Source of the DNA: Octopus sinensis
Taxonomy: Eukaryota
DNA length: 38,647 nucleotides
Assembly: GCF_006345805.1 (NCBI RefSeq)
Contig: NW_021832094.1
Coordinates: 1 to 38,647, forward strand
Direction: 5' to 3'
Part shown: positions 10,896 through 21,799 of the stretch, one piece after another
Layout of the letters: the number at the start of each line of letters is the position of its first letter
How positions within the stretch are numbered: position 1 is the first letter of the stretch
Program-made: the position numbers and the translations under genes
The notes under the pieces: model-generated
The model's input: only the letters and a program-made list of their open reading frames with translations
The model's database searches: none
What the model was told of the DNA's origin: nothing

Positions 10896-12821
10896 GGCGA
10901 ATATGATTGAAACTCGCTGTGATACATTTATTAACTATAATAGTTTATAATGAGATGGTTCAGAGTGGATAGGCCCATAGAACAAAATGTAACCTCCAAG
11001 CATGTCGTTAATTCCTTCGAGAAGGGCATGAATGTTACAGTGTTTCCTTCTTATTTTAATTAAAATATTGGACCTGCATTTTTTATTTAATTTAAAAGAA
11101 AACGATATTTAGATCAACCTATCTGGGTTCAAATCTCGTAACGATCAACTTTAATCTCGTACTAAATAACAAAAATTGATGTTGAACTGGAATAAACGAC
11201 TAGTTTCTATCTCTTCCTTATCCATAAAATATTGATCTCGAATCAAATCAATATAAAACGTAGGTACTTCACACGGAACTAATTTACATGTACTGGTTTG
11301 AATTCCCAACTGAAAGCAACACTTTCTTTTAGTGCTACTAATACCTTTGATAAAAGTCACCAAACTCACACGACCTTTCTTTTACTTTGTATCGTTGTAA
11401 ATTTGCATATTGCCAGTATGAAATCTATATTAGTAGGGTGGGGTTATGAATGATACTATATTTATTTCAGCCTAAGAACCGATTACTCATGCAAACTGCA
11501 TCAGAGCAGCACACTATTAAGTACAATTGTCACTGTTTATCACAGGTAGTTGGTGCTAAAACTCATCGAGTTAAATGAATGTGTGATAAATGAATAATAA
11601 AACATTGGGAAAATAGGTTTCGTTCCGAAACCCCAATTAATCCTGAGTACTGGGCTTTGTAGATGTTTCCTTGGGCGTGCTTTTGCGGTCCAAGCAGAAA
11701 CTTCCACCGATAGCTGACCGACCCATGTTATTACAGATCAACTCGTGATAAACGTAACACGATTCACAATTAAGCGTATCGTGTTATCCGGATCAGTGAT
11801 ATACAAATCGGTGATAAATGAAGAAAAATGTACTATATCTGGATATCAATACGTCCACAAACCATACTTTCGCCTTATCTCATTCTATGCAATTCCCTGT
11901 TAAATGGGTTCCGTTCTGTATTGAAGCAATATGTTATACCATTCTATGAGCATCGGTTCGTCTAACTGTGAAGAATAGGCGCCAACCAGATGATCTAGAA
12001 TTTGGTGTTCTCTCTCAAGTAAAATGTATCTCACAGTTTTCTTAACGCAAGAAAACCTTGCAAACAAGCAAAAACAAGTAAAAACGCTATATTAAATCAC
12101 CTACCTATTAAAGCTCTTTAGGGCATAGGGGATTTTTCTGTCTTATTTATTTTATATAAACTCTCTTATATGAACGAAATCAATATTGTTGAACATGTTT
12201 ATATAATTTATTTTGAAGTCGATAAAAATGCTTTTATCAATTTTTATTTGTTAATTATCAAAGTATTTATAGTTGATTTAATTGATTGGTAATAAACCCG
12301 AGAAGAATTCCAATCGGAATTCTTGCTTCATATTCCTACTCATAAAATACCATTAAAAGGAGTAAAAAAAAACCTGCAATAATGTAGAGTACAGATATTT
12401 CGTAATATGCTTATAGAAAAAGAAAAAAACAAGTATTCTTTCATAGTTAAATATAATAACACTATTAGTTTCTTTATAGTGCTATTAGTTTGTTTATTCG
12501 CTTTAAAAGCAATCACAACTGCAAATAAGCTTTTGTTATATAGACTGAAATATCCTAAATTTTCAGCGGAGTTGGAGAGGGTAAACATGAGATTGTGACA
12601 ATTAAGCGCTAGTGGCCTGAGTGGAATGAAATTGTTTCATCTGGGAATTCATATCGAATCAGTTGCCTAGAAAATTCCCTTTAATTCCCGAGCGTTCACA
12701 AGTTTGTTGTTCAATGCCGCATTTCAAAGAGCTGGAGAGGTAGAAGTAAAATTAAACGAACTGGGCTCGCGACGCTTCAGATTATTAGTTGATGCTTTCT
12801 CACTGCTTTTCGGTATAGCCG

Positions 12822-13045
12822 AGCTGGCAGAAACGTTAGCACGCCGGGCGCAATGCCTAGCCGTATTTCGTCTGCCGTTACGTTCTGAGTTCAAATTCCA
12901 CCGATTTCGACTTTGCCTTTCATCCTTCCAGGGTCGATTAAATAAGTACGAGTTACGCACTGGGGTCGATATAATCGACTTAATCCGTTTGTCTGTCCTT
13001 GTTTGTCCTCTCTGTGTTTAGCCCCTTGTGGTTTGTAAAGAAATA
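12822..13045 (+). mobile_element. Family A SINE monomer, slightly 5'-truncated
   Basis: 10-bp TSD GGTATAGCCG at 12812-12821 and 13046-13055. Confidence 0.9.
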
Positions 13046-13064
13046 GGTATAGCCGTATTGTTAG

Positions 13065-13180
13065 GAAGTTCGCTTATCAATCACGTGGTTTCATGTTCAA
13101 TTCTACCTGCACTTTGGGCAAGCATCATTAACCATAGCTTCGGGTTGACTAATGCCTTATAAGTGAAGTTTGGTAGATGA
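13065..13180 (+). mobile_element. Degenerate family D SINE 5' half
   Basis: GTGGTTTCATGTTCAATTC...CTTTGGGCAAGC...TTTGGTAGATG. Confidence 0.55.
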
Positions 13181-13193
13181 GTCATTTAGAATA

Positions 13194-13400
13194 TCTATTA
13201 TATAAAATCCGTTCTGTCTGTGTGTATCTTCTAGAATCTCGGGCATCCTCCATCCGATTGCGCTCAAATTTGATATGTAGATACCAACGGTATCTGGGCG
13301 TGTATAAATCTTGCAAAAATTACAAAAATCGATTCCAGGTGATAATGCGATCGAGAAATCCGTGGAAACGTGTATTTGTAAAATCGTTTTACTTAGAATA
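13194..13400 (+). mobile_element. 5' fragment of a second Helitron-like family
   Basis: A|TCTATTATATAAAATCCGTTCTGTCTGTGTGT...ATCCGATTGCGCTCAAATTTG is typical of non-autonomous Helitron 5' ends; no 3' CTAG/hairpin found. Confidence 0.5.
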
Positions 13401-13574
13401 GAAAAAAGTCTATCTTTATTTCTTCTTTTGCAGGTGTCTCAAATTTAGGTTAAATCAGTGTTTCTCAAAGGGGAGTTCTATAGGACGGTCGGACAAATTG
13501 TTTTGAGAAAATTTGGTTTAAATGTTTGACAACTCAGCACCATCCATTGAACGGGAGGCGTTTTGCTCGTATAT

Positions 13575-13608
<34 letters not shown>

Positions 13609-13712
13609 CATATAATATCCTTATGTATCTCAATCTAACTTTCATTCCTTCACTTCCCTCTGCATTTCATATCTTCTCTTCAATAGTTATTACTTAAACA
13701 TTTTCTCGCACC

Positions 13713-13760
13713 GTTTCTGATGAAGAGATATATAAAATATCCCGGAAACAGCTGTAAGAC
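13713..13760 (+). ncRNA. Minimal type-I hammerhead ribozyme motif (Penelope-type), intact core
   Basis: GTTT-CTGATGA-AGAGATAT(ATAAA)ATATCCCG-GAAA-CAGCTG-TA-AGAC: stem I GTTT/AGAC, stem II GATAT/ATATC, palindromic stem III ACAGCTGT, GUA cleavage triplet. Confidence 0.8.
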
Positions 13761-13821
13761 CTTCTCTTTATAAATGTTCTGAAAACTATTCATAGCCTTG
13801 GTTTTTTTTATCTCATTCCGT

Positions 13822-13830
13822 TAATTATTA

Positions 13831-13922
<92 letters not shown>

Positions 13923-13947
13923 GCGCACACACTCATATGCACACACA

Positions 13948-14011
<64 letters not shown>

Positions 14012-14060
14012 CATATATACATATATATATATACATATACATATATATATACATACATTT
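13822..14060. repeat. (ATT)n-(CA)n-(TA)n compound microsatellite
   Basis: Direct inspection. Confidence 0.95.
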
Positions 14061-14071
14061 ATGAACATAGC

Positions 14072-14482
14072 GCAGGAGTGGCTGTGTGGTAAGTAGCTTG
14101 TTTACCAACCGCATGGTTCCGGGTTCAGTCCCACTGCGTAGCACCTTGGGCAAGTGTCTTCTACTATAGCCTCGGGCCGACCAAAGCCTTGTGAGTGGAT
14201 TTGGTAGACGGAAACTGAAAGAAGCCTGTCGTATATATGTATATATATGTATATGTATGTGTGTGTTTGTGTGTCTGTGTTTGTCCCCCTAGCATTGCTT
14301 GACAACCGATGCTGGTGTGTTTACATCCCCGTTACTTAGCGGTTCGGCAAAAGAGACCGATAGAATAAGTACTGGGCTTACAAAGAATAAGTCCCGGGGT
14401 CGATTTGCTCGACTAAAGGCGGTGCTCCAGCATGGCCGCAGTCAAATGACTGAAACAAGTAAAAGAGTAAAAGAGTAAAGAG
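14072..14482 (+). mobile_element. Family D tRNA/CORE-type SINE, complete, with internal (TA)/(TG) microsatellite
   Basis: A-box-like TGGCTGTGTGGTAAG, B-box GGGTTCAGTCCC, CORE-like CACCTTGGGCAAGT, tail (GTAAAAGA)n; resembles the octopus OR-type SINEs (exact name needs a database). Confidence 0.9.
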
Positions 14483-15635
14483 TATGTGTTAATAAGTCGG
14501 TGCGTTGAAACGAAACATGAGGAAGTATTTATCCGCCGAGTACGTGCCATAGGAGGATAGAGCCATTCGATAAAGTGATCGATAAAATAAGTACCAGACA
14601 CGTAATGATATCAGCAAATTCAACGAAAATCCCTGAATGCAGTGCTGCAGCATGACCACAGTGTAACAAATGAAACTAATAATATTATCATACCCATGAG
14701 CGTTAACATGATATTTACCTTTATCTTAAAATATTAAGCAGTTTTCGTTTTATTCACATGAAACTAAATTCTTTTGAATAACTTCTGCATAACTGAATAA
14801 CTTCGTTATCTAACTGGATAACGTTGTTAGCATTTAATAAAATTTAGATATCTTATTGTTTTATTGAATAAACAACACTTTTGTATCGTCAGTTTTGACG
14901 ACAAATATGTTTTATCTTACTTAAATGTAAGATGATAATGAAATAGAGATAAAATATAGAAGGCTATATTTATTTTAAAATGCATATATTTATATATTGT
15001 AATATGCCTAGCATTGTTGAATCGTGAAAAGTAAACAATAAAAAAATTATTTTTTGTATTTGCTTATCACATCAAGTACACACCTGAAGCCACAGATTAT
15101 GTTCACATTTCGCAATATACAAACTTCGTTATTTTTGACCGACCCTGCATGTGTGTACATGCACATGTAAGAGTGTATGTATATGTATAAGTATGTATAT
15201 ATATATATGTATGTATATGTATGTATATGTATGTGTATATATGTGTACGTATTCGCATGTATATTTGTATGTATGTATATGTATGCGTATGTATATGTAG
15301 GTATATGTGTATATATCTAACAAATAAGAGATGCAGAAAATGGAATTCACGACATTCATTATTAGTTTCAACGATCGTTTCGATCCATAATGCATAGATC
15401 TCTTGAAAGTGACATGCTGGTTAAGGTGCCTCCTTCGGTGCAGAAGTATCTCGCCAGGTGACTTTTTAAAACATACCTTTTGAAAAGATACCAGGTGTAT
15501 ATACATACATACATACATCATACATACTACATACATACATACATACATATATGTATACGCACTCACACATGTATATATATGTATATACGCACTCTCACAT
15601 GTATGCACGCATGTATGTATTCATACATACATACA

Positions 15636-16126
15636 AGTTTGGTGCAAGTATTTCCAGGATTTTCCAGGTGTATATCACTGCATTTCTTACCCACCGTCCC
15701 TCCAGGGAGTAGAATGTTAAGTTTTTCAGCCTTCCTAGTAATGGACATTTCGCATTTAGACAAACTTTGTGTTGCTTCGAGTTCCGCTGTCAATTTTACA
15801 TTGTGTGGTGACAGTAGTTGAGGGAATGTCTGAGAGGGTCACAATGAATGAAGAGGCCCCCAAGATAGTGCCCAATGGGAAACCACTCATTATTTGTAGT
15901 TCCTTGGAAGTAGTACTAGGTAGTACTAGCCCCGTTGGCTAGTACTACCTGATTTCTATCTTTTATAAAATCGTATTGCCACTTTCCAAATTTTCTTACT
16001 GTGCTGAGATCACGAAGATCGGGACATAGACCATTGTCGACTTTATCAAAGACTTTTGCAAAGTCAAGCTATATGATATCCACATTTGAGTTGTTGAGCA
16101 GATGCTTGAACACCCAGTCATAGAGC
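15636..16126 (-). mobile_element. Decayed, internally deleted CR1-clade LINE RT fragment
   Basis: Translation LYDWVFKHLLNNSNVDII*LDFAKVFDKVDNG...DFIKDRNQVVLANGA[TS]KELQIMSGFPLGTILG..FIVTLSDIPS, then a jump to RLKNLTFYSLEGRWVRNAVIYTWKILE; matches the RT motifs YLDFAKAFDKV and SGVPQG and the CR1 C-terminal LYSLERRR motif. Confidence 0.9.
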
Positions 16127-16448
16127 TTAATGTATATATATATGTATATACATACTTATAAATATATATCCATATACCTACGTGTGTGCGTGTGTGTGTG
16201 TGGAGTTATCTCCTTTTGTGTAATAGGAGATATATCAATATATATTGGCAAGATAATTAATAAAAAAAACAAATAGATTCTAGAAATAGCTGTCAAGTCT
16301 TCTTTAAATCGTATCCTACCATCTTAAAAACCAGCCGGAAACCATAGACAATGTTGTTCCAGATATGAGATAGTAAGACCAGAACCTCTTTGATCAAAGG
16401 TTTGCACCATCAGGAGTGAGCAAGACTAAACAAGAGCAGCAATAGCAA

Positions 16449-16822
16449 GTGGAGGCGCAATGGCCCAGTGTTTAGGGCAGCGGACTTGCGGTTTCGATTC
16501 CCAGATCGGGCGTTGTGTGTGTTTATTGAGCAAAAACACCTAAAGCTCCACAAGGGGGTAGTGGCGACCCCTGTTGTACTCTTTCGCCCCAACTTTCTCT
16601 CACTCTTTCTTCCTGTTTCTTGTCCCCGACTTCCTACTCAACCGCTGAGCCTGGATGCGCATTCCTCCATCCGTCTATGCTCTCGGTGTCGGGGGTTGAC
16701 CTGCTTTCTCTTCTGCGGGTCTTACGAATAGCAAAGGACCACGTTTCGGACTTCTCCCACTACAGAGGCGCGATCTTGCGAGCTCTGGGACGAAGACCGC
16801 TTCGCTCAACAAACAAACAAAC
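16449..16822 (+). mobile_element. Family C SINE with longer tail ending in (CAAA)n
   Basis: Head as at 5974; A/B boxes; tail followed by CAG/CAA repeats. Confidence 0.88.
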
Positions 16823-17603
16823 AAAGCAGCAACAGCAGCAGAAGCAACAACAACAACAACAACGAATGCAGTAGCAGAGAAATGACAGTCGATACAATGA
16901 TACCAAACTCCAGTAAATATAAATGATAGCAGATGTGTTAGAATATAATAGTAAGTTTTAAGCTATTATTCTACATCATTAAATAATTAATTCGCCAGAT
17001 GTCAGGAAATTAGTCATGAACGGAATTAATATATTTTCCCAACAGTTCTATGAAGAAATCTTTGGTATTTAGATGTTAGATATAATAATCATACAAAAAA
17101 AAATGGTTATTACTATAAGTCTTAGAATAAGTTCACAACCGACTTCATTCGAAAGAAATGTCAATTAGAATTATTTGCGATTCCAAACTGGTATCTGCGA
17201 CTTATGTTCTGAATAATTACTCCATTTAGTCGGACTTGCAAACCAGATAACGATAGATTTTTCAGTAAAACGAAGCATTATAACAATATTAGGGAAAACT
17301 TGCTACAGTAATTATTCTTCAAGCAAAAGCGGAGATATAAGAACAATTAAATTTAAAAGTATTCAATTACTAGAGAGGAAATGAAGTTTCAGTGCTTTAC
17401 AGGACGCCGTGGACAAGACAAAAAAAAAACGCTTTTATATAGAAATATAAGAGAATCAGATGTATACAAAGAAAGAAAAGAAGATATTACGATCTTTGGT
17501 TTATGGAAAGCGCTGTGGCGCTTTTCGCTTTTGTTTTTATGAATTAGTAATGATATTCTTTTCATCACAAATCTCCAGACGGAGCCAATCTCTTGTACAT
17601 TAT

Positions 17604-18762
17604 AAGAAGAACTATTTGTCCACTGTCTTATGAAGAAACTCCAAGAGTAAGTTTCTACTATAGTTTCAAAGAAGACAGCATGAGAACTTTTAATTATCAA
17701 CTGTGGTTTCATTCATTGATTTGAGGGTACCACTTTTAAGGGTATTCATCAACTGGTACTTAGTTAACTGACTTCACAAATTTGATTACCGAAATCAAAA
17801 ATATAAAAGGAGATAACTAAATCGCTGCAAGGAATTTTGTCCTTCATTCTACTATTTTTGCCACCCAACCACTTAACCACATCAAATTTAGCAATAGTCT
17901 CTTTGATGAAGAAAAAAAATCGCAAGACATTCATCCTGAAATATTTAAATAGGCGACATCATTTTCGTTAAGTCTAGTCATTCTGTTAATCTGTTAGCAG
18001 AAATTACATTATACGAAATGAATTACGATTCTGTCTTGTGATATTTCTATAGTTCTAAGGCGGCGAGCTGGCAGAAACGTTAGCACGCCGGGCGAAATGT
18101 GTAGCCGTATTTCGTCTGCCGCTACGTTCTGGGTTCAAATTCCGCCGAGGTCGACTTAACCTTTCATCTTTTCGGGGTCGATAAATTAAGTACCAGTTAT
18201 GCACTGGGGTCGATGTAATCGACTTAATCCGTTTGACTGTCCTTGTTTGTCCCCTCTGCGTTTAGCCCCTTGTGGGTAGTAAAGAAATATACAAGAAGAA
18301 CTATTTGTCAACTGTCTTATGAAGAAACTCCAAGAGTAAGTTTCTACTATAGTTTCAAATAAAACAGCATGGGAACTTTTTAATTATCAACTCATTCATT
18401 GGTTTGAGGCAATACGGGTACCACTTTTAAGGGTATTCGTCAACCGGTACTTAGTTAACTGACTTAACAAATGTGAGGAGCAGAGTTGATTATCGAACTC
18501 AAAAATATAAAAGGAGATAACTAAATCGCTGCAAGGAATTTTGTCCTCCAATTTACTATTTTTGCCATCCAACCACTTAACCACATCAGATTCCGCAGTA
18601 GTCTCTTTCATTAAGAAAAAAAATCGCAAGACATTCATCCTGAAAAGTTTAAATAGGCGACATCATTTTCGTTAAGTCTAGTCATTCTGTTGATCAGTTA
18701 GCAGAAATTACATTATACGAAATGAATTACGATTCTGTCTTGTGATATTTCTATTGTTCTAA
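17604..18762. repeat. Direct duplication of a ~460-bp block (17604-18058 and 18293-18762) separated by a SINE
   Basis: Both copies run AAGAAGAACTATTTGTC...GTGATATTTCTAT(A/T)GTTCTAA, roughly 90-95% identical with several indels. Confidence 0.95.
18059..18288 (+). mobile_element. Family A SINE monomer
   Basis: GGCGGCGAGCTGGCAGAAACG...GGGTAGTAAAGAAAT. Confidence 0.92.
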
Positions 18763-18976
18763 GGCGGCGAACTGGCAAAACTGTTAACACCCCTGGTAAA
18801 ATGCTTAGCGGCATTTCATCCGTCTTCATGCTCTGAACTCAAATTCCATGGAGCTAGATTCTGCCTTTCAGCCTTTCCAAGTCAATAAAATAAGCACCGG
18901 TTGAGAACTGGGGTTCATGTAATCGACTAGCCCCTCCCCTGAAATTGCTGGCCTTGTGCCAAACTTTGAAATCAAT
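18763..18976 (+). mobile_element. Older family A-related SINE with alternative tail, followed by a truncated third head (18993-19053)
   Basis: Head, core and CCCTCCCCTGAAATTGCTGGCCTTGTGCC tail; flanks CTATTGTTCTAA and CTATAGTTCTTA resemble a TSD. Confidence 0.8.
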
Positions 18977-19292
18977 ATGTCTATAGTTCTTAGGCGGCGA
19001 TCTGGCAGAATCGTTACTCACCGGGTAAAATGCTTAGGGACATTCCATCCGTCATTATAATTATTTATTTTTCTTTCAAACTTCCAATTCGAAAGCCGAA
19101 CTAAGCAATTATTCAGAGCCATCGCTCTCCTTTTATAGTCAATTAAACTACGATAATGTGTGTCAAACTAACTGCACTGTAATTGTCGCTATACATATAT
19201 AATACATACTTTCATACATAATATGTAATACATATATATATGCATACGTATATACATGAATATGTTTACATATATGAACCAAAGTATGCTTG

Positions 19293-19379
<87 letters not shown>

Positions 19380-19515
19380 GATAATGTCTAGTCATTCTGT
19401 TGACATGTTAGCAGAAATTACATTATACGAAATGAATTAGGATTGTGTGTTGTGATATTTCTATACAATAAATTAAAATGACAAAGGAATGAGAAATTAT
19501 GTCATGAACTGCATT

Positions 19516-19598
19516 AGCTTACAGCTGTTTCTGGTAGAAGAGGCAATGCATATTCATAATTGAATGCTTGTGTATCATCTCATAGCTTCATCGGAGCT
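19516..19598 (-). ncRNA. Decayed hammerhead motif with long stem II
   Basis: Reverse complement AGCT-CCGATGA-[56 nt]-GAAA-CAGCTG-TA-AGCT; same ACAGCTGT stem III as 13713; U4C change. Confidence 0.55.
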
Positions 19599-19614
19599 TC
19601 AAACATAAATTTTG

Positions 19615-19629
19615 ATCTATCTATCTATG

Positions 19630-19721
<92 letters not shown>

Positions 19722-19922
19722 ATTTATCTATCTGTCTATCTATCTATCGATCCTATCTATATATAATATATATATATATATATAGATATAAATAGATATT
19801 ATAATAATATATATATAGATATATATCGATATATATATTACTTATATCTATATATATTATATTATATATTATATATATATCTATATATTATATAATATAT
19901 ATCTATATATATATATTATAAT
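19615..19922. repeat. (ATCT)n then degenerate (TA)n
   Basis: Direct inspection. Confidence 0.95.
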
Positions 19923-20155
19923 TGCATAAGGATATGTATATAAAGAACTCTCCTATTAGAGAAGTAAAATAGATAACAATTAAAAACATAGAGATCAATT
20001 GAAAGAAACAGAATCCGAGACAATGAGCGAATGAGGGAAAAAAATAGACAAAAAAAAAGAAATCAAAAAGAGAAAATGACAAACAGAAACGCGTTTACGA
20101 GGTCAACGAAATGTTTTGTTTGTTATACGTTGATTCACACATACACACACACGCA

Positions 20156-20541
20156 TGCACTTGCCCTTACCTCTCCAACACCACCCGCCTCACTAGCACC
20201 CACCATCGGACCCCTATCCCATCATCCACTCCTTCACCTGCAACCTCCAGGCAATATTATCTATTGCATCTCTTGTTCTCTTCTGCAATTCCTTGTACAA
20301 TCGGACAAACGGGACGCCGCTTGGCTGACCGTTCGCGGAACACCTTCGTGACATCCACCTTGCGAACGACACAAACACCGTTCTCACGCCATTTCCGCTC
20401 CACCGTTCACTCCTCAACTCCTTGCAACCCTATCTGTGTTCGGTTTTGTCCTTAACAGAGGCCATCCGGATTCCCGTTTGCGCCGTGAACAGGAATTAAT
20501 CTTCTCTCTCTTCGCTCTTATCGCCATTTGGTCTCAATCTC
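20156..20541 (+). mobile_element. Penelope-like element, decayed GIY-YIG endonuclease (ORF C-terminus)
   Basis: Joining frames gives CTCPY...HSFTC...NIIYCISCSL..SLY-IGQTGRRLADR(F)AEHLRDIH...FSRHFRSTVH...LSVFGFVLNRGHPDSRLRREQELIFSL...SPFGLN, with CxxC, IIY/YIG, RLxxRxxEH, REQ and GLN hallmarks; several frameshifts. Confidence 0.92.
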
Positions 20542-20810
20542 CCCCCCTCCTCATCTAACCCCCTCCCCCCTCCTCACCTATCCTTTTCTCCCCCCGACCC
20601 CTACTTCTTCAGTCCTTCTCTTTCACAACCCCTACTCTCCCCTTCCCTTCTTCCCTCTTTCTCTTCCTCCCTCTCCCTCCTCTCTTCCCTTCTCCTTCCC
20701 CTCTCTTCCCTCTCTCCCCTTCCTCTCCCCCTCCTCTCCTCTTCCCCTTCTCCTCCCCCTCTTCTTCCCCTCCCCTTCTCCCCCTCCCCTCCCCCTCTCT
20801 CCTCTCCTAA
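20542..20810. repeat. Polypyrimidine (C/T) tract
   Basis: Almost purine-free on the + strand. Confidence 0.9.
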
Positions 20811-20859
20811 CACACACCACATGACTTACACATCACATCACATATGATGTGCCATACTA

Positions 20860-21210
20860 ATACACACACCAACTAATACATACTAATACGTACTAATACA
20901 TACTACTAGTACAATACTATACACCAACCCTATACATACACACGTCCAGACCCCGCATACGCACTTATATTCTCTTTCGTCACACAAACACACACACCTA
21001 TACATACCAATACGTACTAATACATACTAATACATACTAATACATACACCAACCCAACCCATACATAACCCGTCCAGACCAATCCTACGCACTAATAACT
21101 AATCTCCTCATACACACAACACACCACACACACACACACACCCTTATACATACTAATACATACACCAACCCTTATACATACACACATCCAGACCCCTCCC
21201 CACGCACTTT
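20860..21210 (+). repeat. Three ~115-130-bp degenerate units built on TACTAATAC(A) and TCCAGACC...ACGCACT
   Basis: TCCAGACC near 20945, 21073 and 21188. Confidence 0.75.
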
Positions 21211-21524
21211 TCTGGTTCCCCTCAACCCCTTTTATCACCCTATTATCTCCCCTTATTTTCGCTCTCGCGTCTCATGTTTATCTTTGACCGCTTGGGCCGA
21301 AATCAGATCGCCATGTTGATTCGTTTAGCTACTGCACGCCATTTTTTTTCTCTCTCCTTCTTTCTGTGTTTTTCTCCTTCTCTCTTTGTATCTTTCTGTT
21401 GAAGAGCGTAGGCTCGAAACGTTAAAGACTTGTTTTATTTATATTTCCTGAGCGCCATACTAATACAATTGTTCGTTTGTTTCCACCTGCCTTCGTCTTT
21501 TGTTTATTTTCATAAAGCTTCCCG

Positions 21525-21525
<1 letters not shown>
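21210..21525 (+). mobile_element. Penelope-type terminal repeat (pLTR) downstream of the endonuclease
   Basis: Homologous to the minus-strand copy at 36370-36610; contains a hammerhead motif. Confidence 0.75.
21391..21428 (+). ncRNA. Minimal type-I hammerhead motif, A6U core variant
   Basis: TCTTT-CTGTTGA-A-GAGC(GTAG)GCTC-GAAA-CGTT-AAAGA: stem I TCTTT/AAAGA, stem II GAGC/GCTC, palindromic AACGTT stem III. Confidence 0.75.
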
Positions 21526-21575
<50 letters not shown>

Positions 21576-21640
21576 CATATATATATATATATATATATAT
21601 AAGATATATCATATATATATATATATATAATACTATATAT

Positions 21641-21737
<97 letters not shown>

Positions 21738-21768
21738 ATACTATATATAATATATATATATATATATG

Positions 21769-21799
<31 letters not shown>

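Noticed and set aside
11754-11786. 9-bp inverted repeat TAACACGAT/ATCGTGTTA as a pre-miRNA; also the 9-bp hairpin at 12303-12324
   Set aside because: The stems do not extend, and such short inverted repeats are expected by chance
12704-13021. 105-aa ORF
   Set aside because: The second half is family A SINE sequence, and the empty-site frame runs into another SINE
13457-13510. hAT-like CAGTGTTTCTCAAA ... TTTGAGAAA
   Set aside because: The right arm is incomplete and there is no 8-bp TSD
15131-15148. Mariner-like TIR string TTTTTGACCGACCCTG (similar at 24682-24694)
   Set aside because: No matching opposite TIR or transposase remnant found
16280-16300. GAAATAGCTGTC resembling the ACAGCTGT hammerhead 3' half
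   Set aside because: No upstream CUGANGA box
16735-16772. Minus-strand CTGTAGTG-GGA(GAAG)TCC-GAAACGTG
   Set aside because: Antisense to the SINE, poor core, and G at position 17
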